The translations under genes and the position numbers were made by a program. DNA of 53,551 nt, filler included, from Sluysia triapertura (Eukaryota), in assembly GCA_046118255.1 (NCBI GenBank). It is 4 parts of 4 records of this genome, joined end to end, with 100 filler letters (N's around TTAATTAATTAA, not from the genome) between each part and the next. Parts side by side here need not be neighbours in the genome. Positions count along the whole stretch, not along the records: positions 35,886 to 53,551 come from JBJNIA010186056.1; 3 more parts are not named here. The stretch is one strand, 5' to 3'. This document shows, in pieces, positions 36,498 through 51,300 of the stretch. Below the pieces are notes generated by a model, which ran no database searches, was not told where the DNA came from, and worked only from the letters and a program-made list of their open reading frames with translations. Every line of letters begins with the position of its first letter. The stretch's first letter is position 1.

Positions 36498-38787
36498 TTT
36501 TTGTAAATAAAAGACGTATGTAGACTTAAATTTATAAACGTTTGATTTTTGGTTTTTTATGTAATTTAAAATTAAACCTTATTGTAAATATAGTTTAATT
36601 CGGGTCGACGATTTATATCTTAATGAAAGCCGATGTTACGGGATTTTGAATTTATACGGGTCTATAATTAAGAGCTAAAATGGGACAGCTACTGTAAGAG
36701 TTTTATGAAGAAGCTGCCTTACAAAATGCCTGGAGGTCAAGTTCACCTAATAAGCACGGTTTATATCTATAAAGAAGGCGTCCTATTAAGATCTTAAATT
36801 ATATAAACAGTTACTTAAACCTCGTGCCAAAAGTATTACGTACTTGTTTTTGATTATCTGAAATTATGTGTAATCGAGTGCGTAAATTAAATTAGCCTTT
36901 ACGTCTAATTTGAAAATCAAACGATGAGCTAGCCTTTAAGGTCCAGCATAAACTCGTAAAGATTTTAAACTGAAAATAAAAGTTGACTTAGAATTTCTCT
37001 AAATTTCTTATTAAAAGCAATAACAGCGATAAAAGAATACAAACAGATAGCACGATATAATGATACTATTCTTAAGTAATATTTAAGAAAAATAAAATTC
37101 TTAATATTGAATTAGAATTTTAATAGTAAATTAAGCTATCCAGTAAGGTATAGCTTTAAGGTTTATAAGTTTACGTATGATTTAAAATCATCCTTAATGG
37201 ATAAGATAACGCTTATTAAGATTAAATTACTTCATGGAAATTTCTTGTTTTCCGTTGACGATTACTAATAATTTCTGGTAACCATAAACATGGCTGACAT
37301 TGTTTACCAAAAATAATATTGATAAATTTAAACAAAATAGTTTCAATTTGAAGAAAGTATTTTAACAAAATACTTTATTTTTAAGTTTACGAAATATTTT
37401 ATTTATTAATTTTAAATTTACAAAAAGATCTTATTAATTTTAACTTCATCGTTTATAAATAATAATAATAAATATTTAATAAAAATTATCATTACAAATT
37501 TAGAACTCCACTAAACTAACAAATGCGATTGAACTTTTCTAAGTTGATAACAGGTACTAATTCAAAAGCAATACTTGTATCGGAATTTATTTGAACTTAA
37601 ACTTTATTACACTTATTAAACATCTTACAAAATGAACAACTATTAACAATACGAAAGTATATTATAAAAACAATACAAAATTTGCTACAATACGGATACA
37701 TATAATACAGTGATATAATATTAAAATTAAGGTTTGATTCTTAATTGAATTGTTTTTAAACAAGATTTTGAGTCTAAAATTATTATAGACTAAAATTTAT
37801 TATGATTTTAAAATAACTTAACTCTTATATAATATAAGGGAATAACTTAATAAATATCAATATTTATCTGGTTCAAAAAAGAAAGAAAATACAATATCCA
37901 AATCGAATTGATCCAATTATATGATTTACCATTTCCTCTAATCGAATATGTGGTAAATTAAATCCGCAATTAACATTAATAACTCCTTTTTTTGAATATA
38001 TCCAAATTAATGTTTGGAAATCGATTACGATTATTACCTTTACCTCTGAAATTCGTAACTGGTATTTTGTATAATGATTGTGTCTTGCCTTGCGACCGTT
38101 TTTTCTATTAAATTATATTTCATTAATGTGGAAAATTGTAATTATTAAAAATAATAGACTAAAAAGGGTGATGTACCTAAAATATTATAAAAAAAACTTT
38201 GTATTAATTATTTTTTCAAAAATGATAAAAGCTTATTTTTTTAATTAAAATTTTCAAATTTACTTAGGCTGATATTACTGAGGTCGTAGTAGACTTTGAA
38301 CATGTTTACCCTTTATTTGATCTGTGTATTTTTCTGTGGTTTCTTAAATTATCGCAAAATAATTTATATAATTTATACATTCTATTTTCTGTAGGATTTT
38401 TTGAACAAAAATTTACAAATTTAATTTTTTGAGGGTCTCTTTAATATTCTTCGTTTAATAATAACTTCGTAAAACATAAATTTTATCAAATTTTTTGCAG
38501 TAAATATTTTTAGTGAGATCCAAAATAAAGTACTTTATATCAAAAAATTATTTGTCTTTATTCAGATGTTCCTTTCATTTAAAATCATTATCGTGAAAAT
38601 GCTATTTAATTTTTATTGTTTTATGCTGTCAAACTAGAAAATATTGCCCTAACAGAATCGTGTTTGTTGAAAAGTACTCAACACCCTGAGGACTTTGAAG
38701 GTTTGAAAATTATAATATTGATTAATATAATATTGTCACCGGTTTTTTACAAGCATGACATCTATCGCGTAAAAAAGTACTGAATAT

Positions 38788-39130
38788 ATTAGGTTTTCAA
38801 GGATGAAATTATTAGCCATTGGGTTGATATTTTACCATTATGTTTTTTTCTTGGAAATTTACATGTTTAAAGAAATCATTGTAATTACTTTTGTTGAAAA
38901 TGGAACGGTCTGAAATTCGCATTATTATGAGGTATGATTTCTTACGTGGCAATACGGCATCGCAGACCGCGCGAAACATTAATGGTGCATTTGGTTCTGG
39001 TGTTACTTCACAACAGACAGTCTCAAATTGATTCGTAAAATTTCGTGCAGGTAACTTTGACCTCACAAATAAGCTACGCGGTTGTCCAGAATCAAAAGTC
39101 AAAGCTCACTGTTGAGCTTGACCCATCTCA
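38788..39130 (+). mobile_element. 5' fragment of a mariner element
   Basis: TA-TTAGGT TIR start. From 38900, MERSEIRIIMRYDFLRGNTASQTARNINGAFGSGVTSQQTVSN*FVKFRAGNFDL is a mariner HTH with a premature stop. Confidence 0.8.
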
Positions 39131-41643
39131 GGGTGTCTATAAATTAACATCTGCAATGTCGTGCTTATTAGAATGTGACTGACTTAATATAGCATCAGTT
39201 TAAAAAAATTGTTTTCGTTCATCTTCATTTTTTTCATTAATTTAAAGTTTCGTATTCATTAATCTTAATGTCTTGATTAGACTTATATCGTTATTTAGTA
39301 GTTGTAATTAGAACTTTATTAAAACAAATTGAATGAAAGTTTTTATTACTTTAATTAAAAATCAAAATTTGTGCTCTTAATTTTTATTTTTTGGCACCAT
39401 TTTTAAATACCATTATTTAAATACTGCTTATTTTTAAATACCGTTAATTTTTGCTTCAAGCACATTGTAACTACACGCATACATGTCAATTCTTTATTTT
39501 CTAAGTATTTTGTGTAACCAATTTTTATTTGATTATTTCTTTAACTTCCAATCACATTTGCAATAATTCACAAAGCACATGCACATTACTACAATTTTAC
39601 ATAAACAGCCACCTTGGTATTTATTTATAAATTAATTATTATTGTTTCTATTATTATTACTGTAATATTCATTATTGTAAAAGTACAAAAATAAAATATG
39701 CATAAACTAAACAAATTCTTTTAATTGAACTTTTCTTTTGAATTTGTCTTTCATTGATGCGCTGCAATCGAGAATTTTTTAAATCATATTCAGAAATTTG
39801 ACTCGATATTTTTTTTGATTTCTGATGATAACAATTACTTAATTCAGGAAAGTTAAGCCATTTATATTCTTGATTACTCTTATTTTTTTATTTCTTCTAT
39901 TTTATTTTCTTCGTCATTTTGTTTCTTTTTAAATCAACTAAATTTGTATTAAGTTTTTGTATAATTAATAACATAAAATTAACTTCTATAATAATAGTTA
40001 ATGTTGGATATTACTGATCTTATATAAAACAGTTAAATGAATTTGTTTTTCACCTCTCAATTTAAAATAAAAATCGTCTTCAATTTAAAATTTACTACTT
40101 AATCGTTCAAATATTTTTCATGATAATTTATATACCTGACAAGTTTGATGGTGAATTAAAAATTGAGATTTTACTCGAATTATTAAGAATGTTTAACTTG
40201 AAGCTCTGGTTTATTTCAACACCTGGCTTTAACTATAGCTGGAACACGAGTTTATTTCAACTCATGCGGGATTATATTTACTTTGTGAGATTTCGTTATT
40301 TTGAATGTCATATAATAATTTATTCAAATTTATAATTTAAAACTTCATAACCTAAAAATTTTATATACTGAATAGTGTAATGGTTTCCTTAATTATGTTA
40401 CTTCGTCGTAAGGGTTGATTTTGCGATAATTGACTAATTGATATGTTAGTTTATTAATTTGTCTCTAAAAAATTAGTTGTTACTGATTCGTCTACTTTCT
40501 ATCAATCTTACTGAGTAAAATTACTCTGAAATTATTCTTTTAATTTAATTAAATATTTCAATTTGTCTGAAAGTTAGATTCTTTACTCTTCTTTAAATTG
40601 CTATAAATTTTTTGTACACTTAAAATTTCAAAATTTCTCCTGTTCTTTAAATTTAAAAAGAATTTAAGTAAAACAAAAGTTTATTAACTACATTATATAT
40701 GTAGTTCATTTATATTTAAATAATACAAAAGTTACCATAGGTAATTTTCTTATCAATAGTTAATTTTCTCGAAATTTACCTACATTTATCGCTAAGTATT
40801 GCCACTTTCTTTTTTATTAAATTCAATGTAATGTATTTATAAAAGATTTAATAAGCCTGATATAGAATTATTTTAATTCAGAATTTTGTAATAAACTTGG
40901 TAATTCTTCAATTCAGAATTTTGTAACGACCTTCCTTATTTGTTAATAAAATTTTGTTTATATTAAACTTTTATGATTTAATTTAAAATATTTAGTTTAA
41001 TATAATATGTAATTTAATTAGTGCAGTAAATTCGTTTAATAATTTTTTCATTGTTAGTAATGAATTATAGATTTTCATTAGTTTATTTAAACAATTTATT
41101 TACATAATACATTTGTAATTTAATTAGTAATTAATTGTAAATTTTCATTAATTTAATTTCACGTAAATTTAATTTTATTATTGATGTAAAAACGCTATGG
41201 CGAATTTTAATTTTGACAAATCAGTTTATGTAATTTTGTATATAATAATTTCTTAATTCAAATATTTTAAAACAATTAATACTGTGGTTTATTAAACAAT
41301 ATAATACTGATGGAAAAGTTACATTATATTAATTCAATAGTATCTAAATTTATCGCAATTTAGATTTAATCATAGTTTATAAAAGTTTTATATATATGTG
41401 CGTCTAAATTTTTGAAAAATAAATATTTTTGTTAATAGATGTCGCAGAGTCGATTATTTTTATTTCGGTTCATTTCTAACAGTAAGCTTCAATCATCTAA
41501 ATTCATGAAATAATACGTTAATCAATTAGTTTAAATCAAATTTAATTGGTTACATATTTCAGTAACTAAATTAAATAATTACATATTATTTAAAATAAAC
41601 TAAATACTTTAAGAAAGTTAAAGCCATCTTTTTTATTTTTTAG

Positions 41644-43441
41644 AATTTCTTGTGCAATCGAAAATGCGCATTCTCAGATAATTAGAGATATTGATTATAA
41701 TCCAAATCGTCAATATTTTGTGGTATCAGCTGGTGATGACTGTAAAGTAAAAATTTGGGATTTGAGGAATTTTAAAGTTCCTGTTTATGGAATAGAAGAT
41801 CACACGCATTGGGTAATAATTATAATTGCTTGTGTTAATTTTTTAATTTGATTTATCAATAATATGTTTTAAACAAAGTGCATGTGAGTTCACCTACGAT
41901 CCTAGGCTTACGCGTTACTGCTAGTCCGTTGGATTTTAAAGAATAATGTGTGCTTTCCGAAGGTAAAAATTGTAATAACTAAGTCAGGTTCTACGACAGT
42001 AAAGGTTTCTTAAGATGCATTATCGCCTTTAAATTTCTTGAAAAGTTATAACTTTTAAACAAACTATTAATTAGTTAAATCTTTCTAAAAATCAGATATC
42101 TTATTAAGATTTCACTACCAAGTAAGTTTATTAAAGTTCTTTCTTAAATAGAACTTAAAAATTATGTATTTTATTTTTGTTCCTTTTTAAATGGAAGGAA
42201 GACATTAGAAAATTATAATTATCTGATTTCGATAATTAGGATTAAATAGCATTTATTTGTTATTTGCTAATTTAAACCTGACAATAAGTGAATGAATTTA
42301 TTTTGATTCTTCTTAAAAAGAACTTCTAAAAGAAACACAAGTTAAAAACATTTGAATAGTTATTAATGCAATGGTAAATTATAGGAATTACAAATGTATA
42401 GTATAACAATATATTTAAAGAATAATGATTATATTAGTTTATTAAGGTTGTATTATTGTTATAATCTTTTAATTTTTAAATTTTAAAGAATTAACGATTT
42501 TATTTAAAAGGTAGCTGTGAAAATTAAGAACAGAGATTGTACACTATATTTTACTTTGCAAATATTTAAAAATTGCTCAGACTTTATACAAAGTAATGGT
42601 TCAAATGTAAACAGTTATAAATTTCTAGAATATATAATCGTTGATATAATTCTTGTATCTTGTATTGAGAATGATTAATATAAACTTTTAACTTGTAAAA
42701 ATTCTATTAACTAAAAAAATTTTTATTCTATTATTATTTAATTTTGTACAACTATTTATATCATTTTGGCTGCTTTGACCTTAACGGTCTAATTGATAAT
42801 TTTGATTTATTAAACCATGTAAACTTTTGGACTAAAATATTTAAGTAAAATAATTTTGTAATTTTTTCACTTATTTAACTATTATTTTATGCATGTATCA
42901 TAATAAATATATAAATTACAATAAATCAATTTTTATACACAAAATATTGAATATATAAATATTATATACATAATTACACGAAAATAAATTACAAATTTTT
43001 AGAAATTAAAATCATGTAATTATCTTCATGATTACTTTTTGACACTTGTTTGTTATTTATAGGTATGGACTGTTCGATATAATCCGTTTCATGACCAATT
43101 GTTATTATCCGGTGGTTCGGATAGTGTAGTAGCCTTACATTTATGTCAGAGTGCTTCGTCAGAAGGATTCCAGCAACATTTATCGGATGATGAAGATGAG
43201 TTTGTTTTTAATCGTTTAATTTAACCTTTAAATAATTTATATATTTTCTTATTTAAAACTTAGGATAAATAAAGAAACACTGAAAGATGGAATAATTAAT
43301 CTTTATGAAGAACATGAAGATTCAGTATATTCTGTGAATTGGTCTCCTGTTGAACCGTGGATCTTTGCGTCATTAAGTTATGATGGACGAATTGTGATTA
43401 ATCAAGTTCCTAAAAATATTAAATATAATATTCTACTTTAA
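41644..43441 (+). CDS. EIPR1: EARP/GARP-interacting WD40 protein (EIPR1/TSSC1), last three exons: 41644-41812, 43063-43199, 43264-43441
   Basis: Spliced peptide [35 protein letters not shown]...HW|[21 protein letters not shown]...|...[49 protein letters not shown] introns keep the frame; upstream exons were not located. Confidence 0.92.
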
Positions 43442-43639
43442 TCGTTTTTATTAAACTGTTTAGGTTGTTGAAAGATTAGGTATAAAGAAAAATGAGAATG
43501 ATATGAAAATAAAAATTATAATGTACACCATGATAAATTATACATGTTTGGATGGTTGTCTTATTTCGAGTTTTTGAGGGCTTATACAATTGAGTTTATG
43601 AAATTTGGCCTGAGGCGTATGCTCGTTTCTTTTTATTTT

Positions 43640-44150
43640 CGCTTATACACTTAATCTCAACCTTCGGTCTAATTCTTCTCTTACATCTATGTTTGGTTTT
43701 ATTTTTATGTTTACGTCAGCTTTAGAGCATGATCTTACACTAATTTTGACTCTTAATTTGTTTATACTTACCCTAATGCATGATTTTGTGTTTGGACCTA
43801 CTCTAACGTTTATATTTAACTTTGATTTTATTTATAATTTCGTGTTCACATATATTTGTATACTTCGCATTCACGTTCTCTGTACTTAAGTTTATGTTTA
43901 AGGTTTACTTTTAGATTTGATTTTATATTGGCACTTAATATTGATCTTAAGTTAACTAGCGCTTTTACGTCTGATTTGGTGTTCATATTATACTCATAAT
44001 TTATTTACGCTTTTATACTTAAATTGAGATTCGATTTTAATTTAAATTTCCTATTCGACTCTATTTAAGTCCCTTAATTTCAACTTTATATCTACTATGT
44101 CTAAATGCAGCTTTTAATTTCAAATTGAATCTTATCTTTATATTCAACCA
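43640..44150. repeat. Degenerate roughly 6-nt-periodic low-complexity tract
   Basis: Translates to alternating TLTLNLFI-like patterns. Confidence 0.5.
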
Positions 44151-45579
44151 TGAAAGAACAAACATTTTATTTCATAAATCTTTGCAGCCTAGAAATAAAA
44201 ATCTGATAGTACAATTTTCGTAATGAAAAATTATTTTCAACAATTTGTACTGAGACACGATTAGTAATATTTCATCAGAAACAACTTTAGTAACTTCTGA
44301 TTCATTTGGTGGAGCTTTAGGAAAATATAGCACTAATACAGCGTCGTTATTCCATCGCAACATCATCAGGATCTTTAAACAGTAATAATTTCGAAGTTTT
44401 TCTTCAGGTTCATGAGGGTCTTGACGTCAAACAAGAACACTTCTTATGAGGAAGTACCGCGAGCTTTCGTGTCAGGTCGTCTAGTGTCACCGGTAATAGG
44501 CGTAGGCTAATCTTTGATGACTGAGAATCCCTTTAGGGTCATTTTGTCCACTAGGTGTTTAAGGATTTTGATGTGCCGGACTGTTCTGGTCGTACTTGTG
44601 TGAGAACATAGACAGACAATGTGAAGACGGGATTCAGTTTCGAAGCCACACCATCGGTGTGGTGGCCAATTTCTGGCTTAAAGTTCAAATAATCATTTCA
44701 ATCGCATTATTAAATTCATTAACATTTTACAACTACTTTCTCAGATTTGTTAAAACCTTCCGACATATTTAAAAACATTTAAAGACATATTCACAATTTT
44801 AACAACAAAATCATACTTACATTCAAAACCATCAATGTACATTTAAAAATTCATTTAAAACATTTTATTCATTATCCCATAACAATAGAACCACAACTAT
44901 ATCTTAAATTATCATTGAAACTTGAAAATTAATTCAAAACATTTTATCTCACAATTTTACAATATTCGAATCACAAATTACACTTTAAATTATCAAACAT
45001 ATAACACAAAACATTTCAAGTTCTCAATTCGTTCATATTCAAGTATTTACACCTTGGAAAAACTTTAAGTTCAACTTTTTAGCATTTTTGGTCAACATAC
45101 TTCATTTGAGTTAAATTAGTTTGGTTATGTGTAAGAAGTAAGACAGTTAAAAGAAAAGATCGTGTTTAAAGTATTAAAGTTTATGCATTTATAATTTTAT
45201 TATTATTGATTTCAATTCAACGTCATCATAATATCGCTAATATTTGTTACCATTATTATCATCTTGTTGCCGTGATCGATGTTGATACTTTTGTTTCTCA
45301 TTTGACCTGTTTTAATCAATTCACATTACTTACAAAACTGACGGCTAATGACAGTTTCTTACTTCATTTTTCATTCAGCACCAATTTTACTCTACATGCA
45401 AATATACATGCTTGAAATTTGATCTTGGATAATAGAACAGTTGATTGGGCGTCCAACTGGGTCTGTTTCTACGTTGTAATTTTATTTATTGGGATTGGAC
45501 ATCCAATCACCTATGATATCATGATGTTATGCAATAAAAATTAAAGATTTTAAAGGAATTTTATTAATTATTCAATTAA

Positions 45580-45646
45580 CCCCTTAATGCACTATTTTAA
45601 AAAAATCGACCACGCCCGTGTTAATACGTTTCTGCGCGTTAAGGGG
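45580..45646. mobile_element. 67-bp piggyBac-type MITE
   Basis: TTAA-CCCCTTAATGCAC ... GCGCGTTAAGGGG-TTAA (11/13 TIR match). Confidence 0.7.
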
Positions 45647-45857
45647 TTAATAAGGTATTGTGACAAAAATCCAATCAACATTGATATTATAAGGTAGTTC
45701 ACTAAAAAGTAAAAGAGATTAAAGAAATTTTATTGGCCTTTCTATTTAAAGAATAACACAGAAACATAATGATACAAAAAATTTTTAAAAATGACTCCTT
45801 GAAATAAAATTTTATAAATCTTTATTTTAGTTTCTTTTTAGCTTTAACTTTTCTAAA

Positions 45858-46038
45858 TGGCTGATAAACAAAATGTGTTGAAAACGATATTGATGAATAT
45901 CAAAAATTGATGATATTTTTTGATGATGTTATTTTTGTATTTGGTGAACGACTTATTGTTCGACAACAAGTTACGTCAGCAGCAAAGATGTATCTTAAAA
46001 GATTTTATCCAATGTATTCCTTAAAGTGAAGTGATCTA
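45858..46038 (+). pseudogene. CCNC: Cyclin C pseudogene fragment
   Basis: DEYQKLMIFFDDVIFVFGERLIVRQQVTSAAKMYLKRFYPMYSLK*SD resembles cyclin C EEYWKLQIFFTNVIQALGEHLKLRQQVIATATVYFKRFYARYSLKSID; in-frame stop and an upstream frameshift. Confidence 0.8.
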
Positions 46039-48246
46039 AAATTGAAGAATTCAGTTTGATTCCCAAAAAGATTATTACTTGAACTTACGACAATGTTAAC
46101 AGTCAAGTTGGATACGTACGTATACAAGACTTTGATGATAATCGTATATTAATTATAAGTAAAGGTGAAGTAGCACGGGCTATTAATTACTCAAAGGAAG
46201 AAAGTAATGAATTGATGTTATCAGCTGATAATCAAAACAAATCTACGTTAATTAGAAATTTAACAAAAACTATAAAGTTATTAATGATGCAACAACTGAG
46301 TATGCAGAATGTAACCAATAAAGCTATACTAAGAAGTAATTCGAAAATAGTCGAAAGTATATCAAAAATAAAACTATGCCTGAAAGCAGTACCGTCTCAT
46401 TTACCAATATTAGTATTATATATTTTCCACGACTAATTGAAAAAAATTTTATTGACGTGATCAATAATAATTCAATTAAAACTAAGTCGATGAACGAATT
46501 AATCTCAAGCAAAGAAGGTCATAATCCAATCGGATCATTACAATTCCCATTCCAATCCAGCAAGACAGGGCGATGCATCAAGTTTGGATCATCATGGGAA
46601 TACTACCATATAGTGGATCAAATAAGTTATCTCGGCAGTAATATATTCCTCTTCTATGAACATTTCCAGCCTATACAGAGTCTTGTGAAAACCATACTCT
46701 ATGGCAATACAATCAGCAGTTCAATATGTAAAAAGAAGTACGATGAAGTTGGAAGTGAGATCCCATTCGAGGACATAAAAAACAAAAAATATTGTAATTA
46801 TGCATTTTCATACTCATGCATTAACTAATTTTGACTTTTCTTATTCTAGGATGCTACAACCCAAGGAAGAGACAGTGCCGCACCCGAAAAACATCACGCC
46901 CGATAACTATAACCTTATTAATAATTTTAGTTTGGATAAAAATAAATGTTACATTTTCATTTTTTATATAGTAAATTTAAACCTAAATTTGTTTAACAAG
47001 AAGGAATTTAAAATAATGCAATTTTATAAGAATGTTCGTAAAATTAATATACCAATAAATTAAAATTCGGCCATATAAATATACTAATTTTCCATATCAA
47101 TAATTTCATTAAAATTTATTTAACACCAAAATCTCTTCATTTAGTTTAATTATTATATGACAAATTTCAATTTGTATATATTACAACGATAAAGTATTTA
47201 TAATTTTCTGCTATATTATTTGTCTATAAATTTGCACACACAGTTTCTAGTTTGTGCTTGTTAGTATTCATTTTTTCATTTTCATTTCTCGCTATATTAA
47301 ATGCAGTACATTCGTTGTAATTTTTTTTAGTTAAGATGTTTTAAAATTGTTTTAGCACATTATTTTATGTGCGTAAATTACTATGTAAATATTCTTAATT
47401 AATTAAAATAAAAGTTTTCATAATTTAATTAAATAACTAAACTTGCAACTGCATTTCTTCCCATTATCAAACTACATAGATAACATATGATAAATGAATA
47501 TAGTACTAAGTATGGTATTATTTACTACATAAAAACAGTAAATAATTAATGTGATTCAGTGAATCATTATTGTAAATATTCTAAAAATAAATTTGTTATG
47601 TAACACTAAAAATTATAATAAATAAATAAAAATTTATTCACTTTGATTAATTATTTAAACAAATTAACAAGTGCAGATAATACATTACAAAAAAGCACAT
47701 TTTTAGACTGAAAACGGTTGTAAATGTTGGATGAAAAAGATAAAAATAAAATGAATTATTAAAAATATTTGTTCATCATTTTTAATTTAAGTGGATCCTA
47801 AAATGACACTCATCATTATATGCTAATATTTGCCTTGAGACTACTTTAATAAAAAGTAACGGAAAGCAGAGTTATACAATATTTTTTATCAATAATTTTA
47901 TTAATCTAAATTAAATAATTCAATAAATTCCGATGATATAGTTGAATAAATAATTTTTATTAGTGTTACTTGTGTCTTATAAATATTTTGTTTTCTGTTA
48001 TTTAGAAAAAATTAATTTTCTCTTGAATAGAATTAATTTTAATTTTAAATTTGTGTTTTTCATTAAACTATGAATATGTGTAATATTATAATATCAATTT
48101 TCGTTATTATTATCACTACTATTATTATTTTTTAATTTTGTTTTTAATAACAAAATTATAGACTAAATTTAATAAATGTGTTGGGGTAAAAAGGTCTAAG
48201 GTGTCATTTGATAAAATTGACAATAATAAAATAAAACTCTTAGACG

Positions 48247-48318
48247 GGGCTGATAGCTCAGTGGTAGAGCATTCGAACTGCGCAGCGAAGGTCCCGGGTT
48301 CGATCCCCGGTCAGTCCA
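48247..48318 (+). tRNA. tRNA-like gene with non-canonical anticodon arm (Cys/Ala-derived; pseudogene or SINE head)
   Basis: 7-bp acceptor stem GGGCTGA/TCAGTCC, D arm GCTC-AGTGGTA-GAGC, T arm CCGGG-TTCGATC-CCCGG, followed by TTTT. The anticodon arm has a 4-bp stem enclosing 10 nt. Confidence 0.7.
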
Positions 48319-51300
48319 TTTTATGAAGTCTAACAGTTATTTTTCCTCTACTATTTAAAAATTGATAAGTGACAATCAAATGAACATGAACACGAATAAA
48401 AACAGGGTATAATAAGTTTTTTAATTCATCTCTTTGAATTTTCAACAAATTCCAGAAATCATGAATGCTAAGTGATTTTTTCAATTTTTAAATGTATTCT
48501 GTTTCCTTTAAATTATATTTCGTTAAAAGTGAATGTGTGCCGTAAATATTCATCAATTTTTATTTCAATTTTTATTCTTAATCATTTTGAATTTTAATTT
48601 TTAGAAAGTTTTAAAGGTCTAATTTGTCAAATATAAATTTTTAATAGTTAATAATAATAATTATAATATTAATTATAATTACAATTATAATAATGTTGAA
48701 ATTACTTAAGTGTTGAATAGAAAATTGATAAAGCGGATGTGGAATTCAGAGACACAGGAAGAATCCAATGTAAATTGGTAAGAATGATGAAGATAAAAAA
48801 ATCTATAATTATTTTAAGTATGAAGAATACCTTGAGGTTCTTAGAAATAAATAAAGTGTTGAGATCCTTGAGGAAATGTAAGAATGGTTTGGAAAAACGT
48901 TTTGAATCATTAAAGTACCATTGAACTTGTGAACCTTTAAATCAATAAAGACCTTATTAACCTTTAAAAATCCTTGAAACTTTAAATAGGTCTTTATGTC
49001 TTAGAGTAACTTTCAAAACATTTTAAATGCTTGCGAAATGAAATCATTGTTAGTAATATTAAAGTTAAATTTTATAAATTAATAGTTATAGTTCAGAAGT
49101 AGAAAAAGGAAACAGAGTGGTGAAGATGAAAGTACCTAGCAGCCCCTGAGTGCCTTATAAAGTACCAAACAACTTTAGAACCTTAATAAAATAAATAGGA
49201 TAAAGTCTAAAAACAAAATAATTAATTATAACTAAAATTAAAAATGTGGAATTCTGTGTCAGAGTTGTGACTGTATGTTTTTGTGTAAATACAATCTTTG
49301 GATGAATATATGGTTTGACCTACTTCATGTCAAATTTTAATTAATTCTTAACTATATAATGTTAATTTTTTCATAATTTGTATGATGAAAAAAATAATGA
49401 ATTGAATATGAGATGGTTGCTATGAAAAAGAAACCCAAAAATGAATTTGAAATATTTGTGGAATGATCTGTTTCAGAATGAGAACCTATTATTTTCATTT
49501 GGAAGAAACTGAAAATTAAAGTTAAATTCTTTTTTACGTATTTTCTTCACACTAATTATTGTTATTTTAATCTGTGAAGTAATTTATGAGAAAAAAGATG
49601 AGTGGATTAGAATAAATAATGGTTAATCATTAATCAAGTGTTTGTATTTTGTACATAAGAAAGTCTGACAAGTTGTATCATGTCATTATTAGTTTGACTC
49701 TCAAAGGATTTGTGTAAGAAAATGTTTCAATGTAAAACTCAGTGTGACCGGGTAATAAGAAAATATAAAAATGAGGTATTGTAATATTTTTCATATAGCA
49801 ATAACGAAGACCATGATGCTGCTGATGATGATAATAATTCAGAATCCATGAACAAATAATATTTTAAGTTAAAATTCTTATACAATGATTTTATTTTATT
49901 GGAAATTCATTTTGGGGTTTATTGTCGAACTTAATGTGATTCTGAATATTTTTAATTGCTGCTTAATTAAATTTATTTTATTTCAGCTAAGCGTAAACTT
50001 CAATTTCTTTTAATTTAAATCGTTATGAGTTGTATCACCTTGGAAATTTTTGTGTCATTAGTGCTCTATAAATTTAATGAAATGTTATTTGATTTGTAAT
50101 TTAATATTTCTTAATTATAATATTTAGTTGGAATGCTTGTGTAAAATATTTATATTATTTAAATTTAAAATATAATTTTTCATTTTGTAAAATAAATAAT
50201 TTTGTTAAATAAATAATTCTGACATAAATTAAACATAATGCTCATTCTTTATTTAAATTTTAAAAATAATTAATAATAAATTATAAGCTTATTTTAATTT
50301 AAATTCAGACAGAAATAACGATCCTAATATTCTACTATTATTATTACTACTGTACTGTTATTATTATTATTATTGCTGTTGTTATTACTGTTATTATTAC
50401 TATGTGCACTAATTAATCTATATATTATTTTATTAACATTAGAATGAATTTTACTGCTAAATTTCGTCTATATGTTATTTTATTAGTATTGGAGTGAATT
50501 TTATTGTTTATACTATTTAAGTTTATTATTGGAGTGAATTTATTAACAGCGGATTCTTATACTATTTAATTTATTAACAATGAATTAACTGGATTATTAT
50601 TAATAGATTTATCATTTCGTTATTATATTATTTCATTATAACATTGGATTATTAAATTATTATTGAATTTATCTCTTAACTTGTAAAATCTATATAAGGA
50701 GGAAGAAAGGACATAGAATTCAATAGATAAAATTTGTAATAACTATTGATCGAGACAATAAGAAAATTCATAATAAAATTTGATCGAGATTCACCAACAA
50801 GAAGAAGTGACATTAATATCAAAAGAAAGATTTTTTATTATTATTGAATTTTATCAAGGTAGGATTTTTATCTGTTTGAATAATTTTAATAATATATCAA
50901 TATTTTTATATTTAATGTTGTACTACTGTAAAATTAGTACAGTAGTTTATTTTTTAGTTTATTGAATTTCTTTTCTTTGTATAAGGGGTGGGAATAGAGT
51001 CTCGAAATAAAATTATTATTAAAATTATAATAAGAATATATAAGCAATTTGAATAAAAATAATAAAATTAGAGTTAAAGTTTAGCGAAATAAATACAATC
51101 TAGTTAAGCCGTTATTCAATTATTAAGTACTTCTATCCTAAACAACGAGGACGAGTATAATATAACGAGTTTAATATAACGCTAATACAGAAGTTCAGAA
51201 TATTAAATTAAACATTTAAGTTTGCGATAAAGGACGAAAGTTTTTTTAAGTACGTACAAGAATTCTTAGAATATTAAAAAACATCATCCAGATATATTTA

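Noticed and set aside
38812-39102. 96-aa minus-strand ORF
   Set aside because: Antisense to the mariner transposase fragment.
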